Assembly (NCBI GenBank): GCA_963768425.1
Contig: CAVYHV010000009.1
Span: forward strand, 1-64,000
DNA from: Candidatus Bathyarchaeota archaeon
GTDB taxonomy: Archaea; Thermoproteota; Bathyarchaeia; Bathyarchaeales; Bathycorpusculaceae
Reading direction: 5' to 3'
Length of the DNA stretch: 64,000 nt
In this document: positions 21,413 through 32,716 of the stretch, piece after piece
How the letters are laid out: every line of letters begins with the position of its first letter
Numbering within the stretch: position 1 is the first letter of the stretch
Made by a program: the position numbers and the translations under genes
The notes under the pieces: generated by a model
Seen by the model: only the letters and a program-made list of their open reading frames with translations
Databases searched by the model: none
Told to the model about the DNA's origin: nothing

Positions 21413-22210
21413 TCAAGCCGAATTGTCAGAAATGTTCTTGGATTTCAATAACTCTTGCAGGGTTTTATGGCATCTGCTGCAGGCAAACGTCGCGTTCCCG
21501 CATGAAGGACAGAACAACTCATCCTTTTGCAGAAGCTCCAAGAAACTCTGAAGCTTTGCCATGTTTTGAATCTCGCGGGGGCTAAGCGGCTTTTGAATGG
21601 TTGTAGGAATCTCTTTTCCAAGTAACGCGTTTTCGCTGGATTTGATTTCGCTGTAAACTTTGGTGATGCTTGCTTTCCCTTCACGAAGCCTTTGCTTTTC
21701 TTCCTCGCTTGCTGCCTCAAGAATTTTTTTGCCTTTTTCAAAAGTTCGCGTTGAAACTCCGGCTTTTCTAGCCACAACCTCGTTGGCTTTAGACTTAAAC
21801 TCAGGCTCAATGTCCTCCTGCGCTGTCCCCATAAGTAAATCACCGTCGTCTTTGCTGCCCTTAGCCTTCCTTTTCTTTGCAAGCGCTTTCTCTATCTCCA
21901 ATAAAGGCACAGCAAGCTCCACTAGTTGAAAATTGTTGAGGTGGCGACGCCTCAGGTTGGCTTCGATAACGAATTTTTTCTCAAGCAACTTATCGTCAAA
22001 CCTTCGGACTTCAAAATCGGGTTCAATCCCGAGCTCAATGCATGCTTGGTATCTGTGGTGTCCATCTAAAACTTCAAGATCTTCGTTCACAATTATCGGG
22101 TAATGTTGCCCTTCTGCTTTTATTGATGCTTTCAGTTCCGCGAATTCCTCATCAGACATTTTTGGCAGAAGGCCGCTGTATTCAGGATTCAAGCGTAAAC
22201 TCATGAGCAT
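21413..22210 (-). CDS. ParB/Srx domain protein with HTH and C-terminal zinc ribbon
   Basis: LKASIKAEGQHYPII, LDGHHRY, NLRRRHL, VARKAGVSTRT, CPSC...CSRC. Confidence 0.8.
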   Translation of the reverse strand: MLMSLRLNPEYSGLLPKMSDEEFAELKASIKAEGQHYPIIVNEDLEVLDGHHRYQACIELGIEPDFEVRRFDDKLLEKKFVIEANLRRRHLNNFQLVELAVPLLEIEKALAKKRKAKGSKDDGDLLMGTAQEDIEPEFKSKANEVVARKAGVSTRTFEKGKKILEAASEEEKQRLREGKASITKVYSEIKSSENALLGKEIPTTIQKPLSPREIQNMAKLQSFLELLQKDELFCPSCGNATFACSRCHKTLQELLKSKNISDNSA

Positions 22211-22664
22211 CGCCGCAGTGATTCTTTATCTTTTGTTCCCCTTATTATTTAAGGTTGAAGGATTAAAGAGACAGAATAAAAACAGTGGTTTTTTTGTGAC
22301 ACATGGATGCGAAATGGCGGTTAAGGCCTTTGCAGGTTCCTCTGATCGCGCCCGCAATTTTTTTGATATATCCAATCTCCAAGGCATTAATCGATTCAAA
22401 AATTGGCGTTTAAACTGGGCCCTATCGATACCCAGAGCAGGTTCAGGTTGCAACTGCAAGAAAAAAACTGACTACTTATTTGCCATTTGCTTTCAAGATT
22501 TTGGCAGGGACTTGCCGAATTAGTAAACCATAAATATTATTAGACAGGTTGCACCTAAATTGTATCAAACTGATAGAAAATTAGAAATCTCATCATTGCG
22601 AGAAATCTCTCGCTTTATGTGATTAACAAATAATCAATAATAAATCATCAGGAAGTGCATATTT

Positions 22665-23831
22665 ACGGGAACATCCCAGACATTTACGATTAAGTACGTT
22701 GTACTTGCTAGATTCGAAATAGAAGGCGTTGTGGAAAAACCCGATGTGATTGGAGCAGTTTTCGGGCAAACAGAAGGGCTTTTTGGACCAGAACTTGACC
22801 TGCGAGAATTGCAGAAGACAGGGCGCATCGGACGAATCGAAATCGACTTGCATTCAAAAAACGACCACACCACAGGCTCGATAACTATCCCAACAAGCCT
22901 TGACCGAGTTTCAACCGCGCTGATCGCGGCAAGCATCGAAAGCATTAACCGTGTCGGTCCATGCTCCGCCAAAGTCAGCTTAGAAAAAATCGAGGACATA
23001 CGGGAAGCACGTCGAAAAATCATCATTGACCGCGCTAAAGAAATTCTGCACAAGTGGAACATCGAATCGATGCCAAGCGTCGAGGACGTTTACAAAGAAA
23101 TCTCAGACACAATGAAAGTAGGAAAAGTGGAAAAGTACGGTCCAGAAGACCTGCCTGCTGGCCCAGGATTAGACGCGGCAAAAGAAATCATAGTTGTAGA
23201 AGGACGAGCAGACATAATCAATTTGATGCGTTGCGGAATCTTCAACACTGTTGCCCTTGAAGGCGCTAAAGTACCTGAGTCAATAAAGAAGCTGACGAAG
23301 GAAAAAAGCGCTACTGCATTACTTGACGGCGACAGAGGCGGAGACCTAATACTTAAAGAACTCCTGCAGGTTACAAACATAAAATACGTCGGCCGCGCTC
23401 CAAGAGGCAAAGAAATTGAAGAGTGCAACTGCAAAGAAGTCGCCGAAGCCCTAGAAAATAGAGTTCCAATCTCAGAAGCTACAGGCAAACCGCAACCTCC
23501 TCCAAAGAAGATGCCCGAACCAGTCAAAATCGAGGTCCCAGAACAAGTCGCACAAGCCGCAAAATCCTTACAGGGAACGCTTGAAGCCATTTTGCTAAAC
23601 GACAAATTTGAGCAAGTAGAACGTCTACCGGTAAGCCAGCTCGCAGAAAAGCTTCAACAAGTGACTGGCGTTGACACAGTGGTTTTCGACGGTATTATAA
23701 CGCAGAGAATCGTTGACATAGCAGGAGAGAAAAACATAAGACGTATCGTTGCCTCAAGAATCTCTGAAGCAGTAAAACCGGCGCTAAACGTTGAATTGGT
23801 AACTTTCCAAGAAGCAGTGTCCCAAGCTTAA
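22665..23831 (+). CDS. dnaG: Archaeal DnaG (TOPRIM; exosome-associated)
   Basis: KPDVIGAVFGQTEGL, VVEGRAD, DGDRGG; conserved-looking N-terminus extends to an ACG codon at 22665. Confidence 0.93.
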   Translation, partial: TGTSQTFTIKYVVLARFEIEGVVEKPDVIGAVFGQTEGLFGPELDLRELQKTGRIGRIEIDLHSKNDHTTGSITIPTSLDRVSTALIAASIESINRVGPCSAKVSLEKIEDIREARRKIIIDRAKEILHKWNIESMPSVEDVYKEISDTMKVGKVEKYGPEDLPAGPGLDAAKEIIVVEGRADIINLMRCGIFNTVALEGAKVPESIKKLTKEKSATALLDGDRGGDLILKELLQVTNIKYVGRAPRGKEIEECNCKEVAEALENRVPISEATGKPQPPPKKMPEPVKIEVPEQVAQAAKSLQGTLEAILLNDKFEQVERLPVSQLAEKLQQVTGVDTVVFDGIITQRIVDIAGEKNIRRIVASRISEAVKPALNVELVTFQEAVSQA

Positions 23832-23910
23832 TTTCGCCACCCTCATTTTTGGTTTTTCGCAATTTCTTTAGTTGAATTCCTTAAATAAGCTCAAAATGCT
23901 TGCAAAAGCA

Positions 23911-26336
23911 TCAGCTGAAAGGGCTTACGCGTTGCGGTTGGAAGCCGAGGTAGCTAAAGTAATCTGTCAGGCTTCGACTTTGTTGCCGCATATTAGATTC
24001 ATTGCGCGTTAGTTCTTCTTCGCTTACGTTGAAGAAGCTCAGTATTCTTGCCGCTGCTGGAACCACTTGGTTAGTTATGTAGTAATCGATGTCTACTTCA
24101 TCGTATTTAGCGAATACATATGGCTTCACACGATTGTAAAATCGTCCTGTCCCAGTAAGAATGACGAAGCCCACTTTGTCGCCGCCTGTCAGCCGCCAGC
24201 CTTTTTCTTTGAGCATCTTTGCAGCTTCCACATGAGGGCTCCTAACAGCGTATTGTTCAGGGGGCTTTGTCAAGGTTTTCCAGATTATCAGATCATGGAA
24301 GGGAACCTGTCCTATTTCTAAGTTCAGCCACAACTTTATGGACATAGTTAACGGCATTCTCAGGCGATTTTTCTCGCAGAATTATGCCAAGTACATTTTC
24401 CTGTACATTTTTAGCAACCTGCGCCCAGTCTCCCCGAATAACTTCTAAACCAACAATGTCTAAGCTGCCGTCTGTCCTCAAACCTGCATATCGTTTTTTT
24501 GCTTCAGTGAAGAAAATACGCGTGTAAACCTCGTTAACTTCCGTTTCTAAGACCCAGTTCTTTGCCGATTTCTTTTTGCAGCTCAAGAATCTTCTTTTCG
24601 TCGTTGGTCAGGAATAGGCTGTCTGTGTCGCCGTAGATAATCGTTAAGCCTTTGCTTTCGACTAAGCGGACGGCGCTTAAGATCGTGTATCTGCCCCATG
24701 CTGAAGCCGCTTCAGCCACGGGTTTGATGTACCATCTTGCTCCAATCCACCCTGCGTATCCATAGGCTGCGTTTGTTATGATTTTTACGGCTTTTTGTCT
24801 CCCATTCAAAACGTTGTACTCAACCGTGCCTTGATGAAGCGTCTTCATCTGTGCACGTATTTGGGTTCGGACTTGTATAAGAAAAGTGAGTGCTTCCTTG
24901 TAAAAGCCAGGAGGTTCTTTTCGGAACTTATGGTTTACTTCAGGTGCTGCAAACACCCCGCCCCTTGGTTCAGGTGCTTCTGGTGGAACGTAGGTATCTG
25001 GAGACAAGTTGTAGCGTATCATTATGTTGGGGTACATTGATTTGAAATCTAACACGGCTATGTCATCATGCAAGCCAGGCTTCGGCGAAAGCACCAACCC
25101 ACCAGCATAAGGGCGATAAGGCTGCTCAATCCTTCTAGGAACGAGTTCGCCGATTTTGCGTGTCTGCTTAATCAAAAACCATTCAACCCTGAAACCCACT
25201 GCCGCCGTCATCACGTGGTCAAGCGGCAAGCTCACTAAACTCGAAAGTTGCAACGCGAAATCCAGTAGTAATACAGCCGATCCATGAATTTTGAGAGCAT
25301 TTTTCAAGCTAAACTCCTTCAGCTGCTCTCTCTTCTTTATGTCGTCCCAATAATCAGCGAATTCAACATCTTCAATTTCGCCACCCACAGCTGCCGGTAC
25401 GCCCAGGTGTTGAGCTAAGTTTGCAAGGGTTTGAACCTTCACTTCAGGAAAGACATCCATAAAGTCAGCGAGGTCAACGTTAGCTACGCCTGTGAAGGAA
25501 ACGTGACCGTAAACGCTTGTGTGCGGTTCCTTGTTTGAGCGGTCAACATCAAAGGTTCTCTGCAGCCTGTGACTGCGCTTGGTAATGAACTCCCATTGTC
25601 TCGTGTTGCCTCCGAAACTTAGGATTATGTCAGGGTCACATTGACGCACGTACTCAACGAACTGCTGGATGATGGGCTCATCGTTTTTGTCGTCGCCTGC
25701 CACAAATTGCTTCTTTTCCCCGTTGCTGGCTGCAGTAGAAATTATGACAACTGGGTTCCTGTCGGGCTTAGGAGATCCTTCTCGGCTGTAGCTGATAATT
25801 GAAAAACTCAAGGTTCGAAACTTAGGCTTCTCAACTGTGACTAATTTTTTGGGAACTGAGTAGGCAGCGTAAACCTTGTCAACCCTCACTTTAGGCAGGT
25901 TTGTCTCTTCCTGAACATCTACTTCATGCCACGCACAAGGAGCCATATCGTTGTCAATTAAGTACTGCATCGGGATGCGAATGTCGTCTTCGAGGCAATC
26001 CTGGACGGCTTCGAGCCCTCGAAGTTGCCGCGCCAGCTTCCCAGTTTCAGTTGCCACTTTACAATAAACTTTTATTGCCTGCACGGGTTTGCCGAAGAAG
26101 CGGCGTTCAATGTTTTCCGTCTTCACTATTGATGACCCGCATAGCTCTATTATTTGCTTTGCAATCAACGATAAATCAAGTGCTTCTTTAACAACGACGT
26201 AAAAGTAAGCAGTGAAGTTTCTGTCAATTACAAGCACGCGCTTTCCATATGCGTCAATTCCCCAAAGCCAAAGTTCAACAGGTTTCCCCTCTTCGATTCG
26301 CGGGTTAATGTCCAATAACCAAAACTTGATTTTCAT
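23911..26336 (-). CDS. polB: Family B DNA polymerase (PolB3-like), exonuclease motifs degenerate; two frameshifts
   Basis: DFKSMYP, KIITNAAYGY, YGDTDS, KKRYAG, GLEVIRGDW; PIP-like QSRSLTDYF. Confidence 0.9.
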
Positions 26337-26423
26337 CGGCGACTCGCCACTAGAAAGTAGACGTTTTAATCCTTTAAACTTTCAATCTGCCCGCGTCACA
26401 AGCTAAAACTGAAGTCCTGTGCT

Positions 26424-27401
26424 GTGGAATCGTTAGTTTTAAGTGAATGCTTGAGAGTTTATTTTCGATGTTTTATGGGTTCGGCTGAGGTTTTGATCGA
26501 AGCCAAGGGTTTAACCAAGATGTACGGTAAAGTGACGGCAGTAGATCACATTGACTTTAAGGTTTACAAAGGCGAATGCGTAGGATTTCTAGGTCCCAAC
26601 GGCGCAGGCAAAACTACAACGGTTCGTATGGTGTATTGTTTTTTGCCGCCTACCTCAGGTGAATTGAAAGTCGCCGGTTTTAGCGTTAGCACTCAATGCA
26701 GAGAGATAAAAGCATTGGTTGGTGTGGCGCCTCAGGAAGACAATTTAGACCCTGACTTCACAGTCATTAAGAACCTTACAGTTTACTGCCGCTACTTTGA
26801 CATCCCGAAGGATGAAGCTTTGAAGAGGTCGATTGAGCAGCTGAAGTTTTTCCAGCTTGAAGAAAAGAAAGATTCCACGATCGATGCTTTGTCAGGAGGC
26901 ATGAAACGCCGCCTCATTTTTGCGAGGGCGCTAATCAATCAGCCTCAGATCCTGCTTTTAGATGAGCCGACGACGGGTTTGGATCCTCAGGCGCGTCATC
27001 TGGCTTGGGACGAAGTGCGCAACCTGAAGAGGAAGCAGGTCACTATCATTCTGACAACGCATTACATGGATGAAGCCGCTGTCCTATGCGACCGAATACT
27101 TATCGTCGACAAAGGCAAAATCATCGAGGAAGGCAAACCTTCAGAGCTTGTGAAGAAGCATGTCGGCGAGGAGGTTTTAGAAGTTGATTACGACGAGAAG
27201 CTGCTGCCTTCGTTGAAAGAGGCTTTTCCCGGCGGCGACTTTGAGCGGCTAGGTGATCGCTTGCAAATCTTCACTGACAAACCGCACGGTGTTTTCGAAG
27301 GCTACCTCAAAGAGCACCCAATGCCGAACGTGACCATTCGAACCGCTAACTTAGAAGATGTCTTCCTTAAACTGACTGGCAGGGGTCTAAGAGAAGAGTG
27401 A
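26424..27401 (+). CDS. ABC-2 exporter ATP-binding subunit (NodI/DrrA-like)
   Basis: GPNGAGKTT, LSGGMKRR, LLDEPT, TTH. Confidence 0.92.
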   Translation: MESLVLSECLRVYFRCFMGSAEVLIEAKGLTKMYGKVTAVDHIDFKVYKGECVGFLGPNGAGKTTTVRMVYCFLPPTSGELKVAGFSVSTQCREIKALVGVAPQEDNLDPDFTVIKNLTVYCRYFDIPKDEALKRSIEQLKFFQLEEKKDSTIDALSGGMKRRLIFARALINQPQILLLDEPTTGLDPQARHLAWDEVRNLKRKQVTIILTTHYMDEAAVLCDRILIVDKGKIIEEGKPSELVKKHVGEEVLEVDYDEKLLPSLKEAFPGGDFERLGDRLQIFTDKPHGVFEGYLKEHPMPNVTIRTANLEDVFLKLTGRGLREE

Positions 27402-28231
27402 CCAGCCCCAAACTTCGCAACTCTCCCGCTCGCTTCGCCATCCCAAAACTGACGTATCGTGTCTGGAAGGTTTGGCACCGCAACTTTGATGTCTTTACTA
27501 AAACTATCACGGTAAACTTCTTTCCCTCCTTGCTTGAACCGATCTTGTACCTGCTGGCTTTCGGCTTAGGCTTAGGCGGCTACATCTCCAATATCCAAGG
27601 TCAATCGTACCTAGCATACATTGCGCCGGCTTTAGTGGCGATCTCAATTATGAACGGTTCCTTTTTCGAGTGCACCTTCGCTTCATTTGTTCGCATGTAC
27701 TTCCAGAAAACTTTCGACGCCATCGTAGCAACACCCTTAAGTGTGGAAGAGGTGGTTGCAGGAGAGCTTCTTTGGGGCGCAACAAAAGCAACAATTAATT
27801 CAACCATCGTTTTGGCTGTAGTCGCCGCTTTCGGCTTGATTTCCAGTCCGCTGTTTCTGCTGGTTATTCCGTTAGCGTTCTTCGGCGGACTCATGTTCAG
27901 TTCCATTGCAATGTGCTTTACCGCTGCTGCGCCAAACATCGACTTCTTCAACTTTCCTTCATTCCTGTTCCTGACTCCCATGTTCTTTTTGTGTGGCACT
28001 TTCTTTCCGCTATCCAAGTTGCCTGAGGGTCTGCAGGGAGTTGCCTTGACGGTTTTGCCTCTGACTCATATCGTTAACATGACTCGCGGTCTCGTTTCAG
28101 GACGTGTCGATTCCATCCTCGGGCTAAGCACTCCGATGCTGCTGCTCATCAGCTTTGCATGGGTAATAGCCGTCACGGTCTTCTTCTTTATTGTGAGCAT
28201 AAACCTGATGAAGAAAAGGTTAACAAGTTAA
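27398..28231 (+). CDS. ABC-2 type permease (NodJ-like)
   Basis: Six TM helices, PMFFLCGTFFP, LPLTH; overlaps ATPase stop. Confidence 0.9.
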   Translation: MTSPKLRNSPARFAIPKLTYRVWKVWHRNFDVFTKTITVNFFPSLLEPILYLLAFGLGLGGYISNIQGQSYLAYIAPALVAISIMNGSFFECTFASFVRMYFQKTFDAIVATPLSVEEVVAGELLWGATKATINSTIVLAVVAAFGLISSPLFLLVIPLAFFGGLMFSSIAMCFTAAAPNIDFFNFPSFLFLTPMFFLCGTFFPLSKLPEGLQGVALTVLPLTHIVNMTRGLVSGRVDSILGLSTPMLLLISFAWVIAVTVFFFIVSINLMKKRLTS

Positions 28232-29156
28232 ACTTTGATACCTCTGACTTCCGCAATTATCAGATAAAACGCAGCCAACCCCTTGCAGGGTCCCCACGCC
28301 TCAGCGATTTCTCTTGCCTCAGCCGCCTCAATAGCCTTTCCTTGGCAATAGTAAGTTGAAATCACCCGCCGAATCCCAAGGTCATCCGCCGGCAACATAT
28401 CAAGCCTTTGCATCCCCCGCAAGCATCGTCAACTCCGCCGTCCAAACCCCAATGCCCCTGACAGCGTCAAGTTCCCGAGATAATTTCCTCCGCGTCTTCC
28501 AAGTTTTTTAAGCGTTCAAGATCCAACTTTCCAGCCACAATCAACTCTGCCACTTCATGAATGTACTCGGCTTTGCGCCTGCTTAACCCAATTTGCTGAA
28601 TCTCATCCACACTTGCACTTGCAAGATTTTTAGGCGTTGGGAACGCAAAGTAAATTTTGCCGTTCAATTTTGAGGCGGTCACCAAATTTCTTTATCAGCT
28701 TTTCTTCAAGGGCAATTGCAACCTTGATTGAGATTTGCTGTTCAATGATTGAGTCAACTAGGGATTCGAAAACAGTCGGGGTTGTCGGGTTCTTCAGTCC
28801 GTACAGTTGTTTGGCAATCTGGCTCATCACCTGGTCGTCTTTGATTTCTCGATAAAATGTGCAAAGGTCAAAGTCCAAGTTGAAAATGAACTTAACAGCT
28901 TCCTCCGTTTCCGTGTGTCTTTGGAAGTTAAAGGGCTGTTTGCTTTCAGCTCAACCCTCAATTTTGGCTCCTCCAAAGTTTTTCCCATCGAAGCTATTTG
29001 GACCAGTGCCAGTTGACCATCCAATTTGAGCACTTGACTAAATAAACCGTCATGAAAACTACGTATTTGCATGTCTCCGTTTCGAAAGATTTGAGCGGTC
29101 AAATCGAAATTGAAAGGGGCTACTGCCTCTACTTGAAAGGATTCAGTAAATGTCAT
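28228..29156 (-). CDS. alkA: AlkA-family DNA-3-methyladenine glycosylase (several frameshifts)
   Basis: FESLVDSIIEQQIS, FPTPKNL, GLSRRKAEYI, HhH GIGVWTA, PADDLGIRR, W-P spread over four ORF pieces. Confidence 0.85.
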
Positions 29157-29251
29157 CTTGTCTCAACTAGACATTGGCTTAAAAGCGGCTTTGTGATATT
29201 AAAGATTTTTAACCTCAGCCTGCATTGTAAGCAACGAAAGGATGGTTAACT

Positions 29252-29926
29252 ATGCGTTTAGTCGTGCGTTTAGGCGGTTCAGTGGTTGCGTCACCAGTAA
29301 ACACGGAACTGATGGGCAAATACGCTGACTTAATAAAAAAGGTGAAGGCGCAGGGTCACGAGGTTGCCGTTGTTGTCGGCGGCGGCGCGTTGGCACGGGA
29401 ATTCATCGGAATCGCCAAAGAGCTTGGCTTGGATATGCCTGGGCAGGATGAACTCGCAATTTCAGTTTCCCGACTGTACGCTCAACTGTTCCTGAAACGC
29501 ATTGGCGAAGCGGGCTGCAGCAAAGTAGCTGTAACACTTGACGATGCTGCGCAGTGCCTCGGCGAAGATAAGATTATTGTGATGGGCGGTTTAAAGCCTG
29601 GAATCACCACAGACGCAGTGGCTGCATTAGTTGCCGAACGCTTGAACGCAGATTTGCTGGTGAAAGGAACGGATCAAGAAGGCGTCTACAACAAAGATCC
29701 GCGAAAGCATCCTGATGCAGTTAAGCTGGATTCTTTAACTTTTGAGGATTTGTCAAAGATTTTTGAGGAAAATACGCATAAAGCAGGGATACACCAAATT
29801 ATTGACCCTGAAGCCATCAAAGTTCTGAAGCGACACCGTGTCAAACTTATTGTGGTCAACGGGTTTAAGCCCGAGAATATTTTGGCTGCGGTAAACGGCG
29901 AAAAAGTTGGAACTGTGATTAGTTAG
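29252..29926 (+). CDS. pyrH: UMP kinase
   Basis: RLGGSV, VVGGGALAR, PGITTDAVA, GVYNKDP. Confidence 0.93.
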   Translation: MRLVVRLGGSVVASPVNTELMGKYADLIKKVKAQGHEVAVVVGGGALAREFIGIAKELGLDMPGQDELAISVSRLYAQLFLKRIGEAGCSKVAVTLDDAAQCLGEDKIIVMGGLKPGITTDAVAALVAERLNADLLVKGTDQEGVYNKDPRKHPDAVKLDSLTFEDLSKIFEENTHKAGIHQIIDPEAIKVLKRHRVKLIVVNGFKPENILAAVNGEKVGTVIS

Positions 29927-29964
29927 TTTTTCACAGTTTCTCACCGTTTCTTTTTGGTTTGTTG

Positions 29965-30151
29965 CAACAGGCTGGCTGCAGATAATCGCAAGTTTGAACC
30001 CAATATCCTATACAATTGACGCAGTAAGAAGACTAACGGTGTTCAGCGACGGATTCGGACCATTAACGCTCGATTTGCTTTCGTCGGCGCCTTCGCGGTA
30101 ATCGTCACACGCATATGCGTGGTTCTTTCATGGCGTTACCTGAACAAATAA
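29965..30151 (+). pseudogene. C-terminal relic of an ABC-2 permease
   Basis: WLQIIASLNPISYTIDAVRRL resembles the NPLTYGIDALR motif of 40127-40897; no start. Confidence 0.6.
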
Positions 30152-30180
30152 ATACATCCAAGGTTTAAGCAGGGAAATAC

Positions 30181-30888
30181 ATGTTGGAGAACAAGACTAT
30201 GACAACACTCGTTGAAGCAGTAGACCTAAAGAAAACGTACATGCTTGGAAAAGTCCCCGTTGAAGCAGTCCGCGGAGTCAACATGAAAGTTGAAGCAGGC
30301 GACTTCGTCTCCATACTTGGTCCTTCAGGCAGCGGCAAATCAACCATGCTGAATCTGATTGGTGCGTTGGACAAGCCGACCTCCGGAAAATTGTTAATCG
30401 ATGGCGTGGACATTTCCAAACTCAACGACAACCAACTCACCGATTTGCGAAGGCGCATCGGGTTTGTTTTCCAATTCTTCAATCTGATTCCCAGATTAAC
30501 CGCATTAGGCAATGTCGAATTGGCTATGTCTATAGCAGATGTCAGCAAGTCTGAACGCGATCAGAGAGCAGCAAAGCTGCTTGAAACTGTGGGCTTGAAA
30601 GACAGGATAAACCACAAGCCCGCCGAATTAAGTGGTGGACAGCAACAGCGTGTCGCAATTGCCCGAGCGTTAGCGAATAATCCAAAGTTTCTGCTGTTGG
30701 ATGAGCCGACTGGGAACATTGATTCTAAGACCGCTGCTGAAGTTGTGGGATTGATAAAGAAGCTCAACATTGAGAATCACGTGAGCATTATAATGGTTAC
30801 TCATGACCAGCATTTGGCGAGGGAGGCTAACAAAACTCTGCAGATGTTTGATGGACTGTTAACGTCCGAAGTGGTGAATCAACAATGA
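30181..30888 (+). CDS. ABC ATPase (LolD/MacB-like)
   Basis: [39 protein letters not shown]. Confidence 0.93.
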   Translation: MLENKTMTTLVEAVDLKKTYMLGKVPVEAVRGVNMKVEAGDFVSILGPSGSGKSTMLNLIGALDKPTSGKLLIDGVDISKLNDNQLTDLRRRIGFVFQFFNLIPRLTALGNVELAMSIADVSKSERDQRAAKLLETVGLKDRINHKPAELSGGQQQRVAIARALANNPKFLLLDEPTGNIDSKTAAEVVGLIKKLNIENHVSIIMVTHDQHLAREANKTLQMFDGLLTSEVVNQQ

Positions 30889-32225
30889 AAACATACGATA
30901 TTTTAGGTTACTCATTTAGCGCAATAAAGCTCCGCAAGCTTCGTGCAGCGTTAACTACGTTAGGTGTCATCATAGGAATCGCCGCGATCGTTGCTTTGCT
31001 ATCAATCACTCAAGGCTTGCAAGTAAGCATAACTAACGATCTTAACCGCGGCTTGTCATCAAGCACGTTAGTAGTTGTGCCAGGAAGCAACGCTTTAGGA
31101 GCTGTCGGCGGCGGAGTAGGCGGTGGATTGGGTGGAGGTAGGGCTGGGAGAGCAACAGGTACTGGTAGTATAAACTTAGGCGGCTCGGGCGGGGCTAGTT
31201 CGGGTTTCGTGTTATATGATAATTACACTGTTCAAATTGACGCTTTGTCGCCTTTGATCACTTCATCGATGGCTGTTATAGAGCGAGCTGGCTACGTTAA
31301 CGCTGACGGCTTGAACTCTTCATCTACCGTTTACGGTGTAGATTTCAGCCAGTACGCAGAGCAATACCCAACCACATTTATTGCCGCTTCAGGAACCATT
31401 CCAACCAACCCAAGCAACAACGACATAGTTGTTGGCGCACGAGTGATTGATCCCAGAGAGAACGGTACAACTCTTTTCAGCGTAGGCGACAACGTCGGCA
31501 TCGTATGGACAAACGCCACAACACTGCAAATTGTAAACGAAACCTACACTGCGTACGTTTCAGGTGTGCTCCAAAAGGTCGGTGGTTTCGGCTTCGGCGG
31601 GCCCTCAGACACCGGCGTTTACATGCCACTTAGCCAAGCGGAGAGCTTTTTCGGGACAAACCAAGTTGACTATATAATCGTTCAGCTCAAAAACAGCGAC
31701 AACGCCACCATTACAAACGTTTCCAAACTTATAACTGACCACTTCGACGGTCAAGTAACCGTGATATCCTCAACCGCGGTGCTCAGCCTGCTTTCAACCA
31801 TCTTTGGCACAATTCAACTATTCCTCGGCGGAATAGCCGCTATCTCGCTACTCGTTGCAGGCATAGGCATAATGAACATAATGATTGTTTCGCTGATTGA
31901 ACGCACTCGTGAAATCGGCATACTAAAAGCGCTAGGAATGAAAAGCCGTACAGTGCTGTCCATATTCCTAGGCGAGTCAGCAATCATTGGCTTAATGGGT
32001 GCTTTGCTTGGTATACTTTTAGGCTGGATCTTAGCGAACATCACTGCGAGACTTCTTGCTTCAGGGGCATTCGGAGGAACCGGTTTCAAAGTGACGCCGT
32101 TGCTGACTCCCGAAGTATTCGTAGGGTCTTTGGCTTTCGGCGTAGGAATCAGCGTAATATTCGCCTTGTACCCGGCTTGGCGTGCATCCAAACTCAAGCC
32201 AGTAGAGGCTTTAAGGTACGAGTGA
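30885..32225 (+). CDS. MacB/FtsX-like ABC permease
   Basis: LTTLGVIIGIAA, GIGIMNIM...ERTREIGILKALG, PAWRASKLKPVEALRYE. Confidence 0.92.
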   Translation: MKTYDILGYSFSAIKLRKLRAALTTLGVIIGIAAIVALLSITQGLQVSITNDLNRGLSSSTLVVVPGSNALGAVGGGVGGGLGGGRAGRATGTGSINLGGSGGASSGFVLYDNYTVQIDALSPLITSSMAVIERAGYVNADGLNSSSTVYGVDFSQYAEQYPTTFIAASGTIPTNPSNNDIVVGARVIDPRENGTTLFSVGDNVGIVWTNATTLQIVNETYTAYVSGVLQKVGGFGFGGPSDTGVYMPLSQAESFFGTNQVDYIIVQLKNSDNATITNVSKLITDHFDGQVTVISSTAVLSLLSTIFGTIQLFLGGIAAISLLVAGIGIMNIMIVSLIERTREIGILKALGMKSRTVLSIFLGESAIIGLMGALLGILLGWILANITARLLASGAFGGTGFKVTPLLTPEVFVGSLAFGVGISVIFALYPAWRASKLKPVEALRYE

Positions 32226-32255
32226 TTATAGCAAATAGCAGAGGCGTTTTCACCT

Positions 32256-32699
32256 GTGAAGCGGTTATACCCTGACCAGCCAGTAGTCGGCGTTGGCGCA
32301 GTAATTATAAGAGAATGCAAAATCGCGCTTATAAAACGGGGAAACGAGCCAGCCAGGGGCAAATGGACTATTCCAGGCGGTTTGGTTGAGCTTGCCGAAA
32401 GCCCTGAGCAGGCGGTTGTCCGTGAGGCGAAAGAGGAAACTGGCCTTGACGTTGCCGATCCCTGCTTGATGGACGTAGTGAGCAACGTTGACCTAGACGA
32501 AAAAGGCAGGGTAAAATATCATTATGTCATCATTGAATATTTTGTGCGTGTGAAAGCCGGGGCTGCTGAGGCTTCAAGCGATGCAGTGGAGCTTCGTTGG
32601 GTGCCGTTTAATGAAGTCGAAGGTTACGATTTAACAGCGTCTTTCCGGCTTTTCTTCAGCCATAACAGGAAAAAAATGGAGAAAGCCAACTCGTATTGA
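32256..32699 (+). CDS. NUDIX hydrolase
   Basis: Nudix box PGGLVELAESPEQAVVREAKEETGL. Confidence 0.92.
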   Translation: MKRLYPDQPVVGVGAVIIRECKIALIKRGNEPARGKWTIPGGLVELAESPEQAVVREAKEETGLDVADPCLMDVVSNVDLDEKGRVKYHYVIIEYFVRVKAGAAEASSDAVELRWVPFNEVEGYDLTASFRLFFSHNRKKMEKANSY

Positions 32700-32716
32700 T
32701 CTTAAGCGCCAATGTT

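Noticed and set aside
22210-22660. Replication origin between ParB-like gene and dnaG
   Set aside because: No repeated ORB-like boxes with G-strings and no cdc6/orc1 nearby
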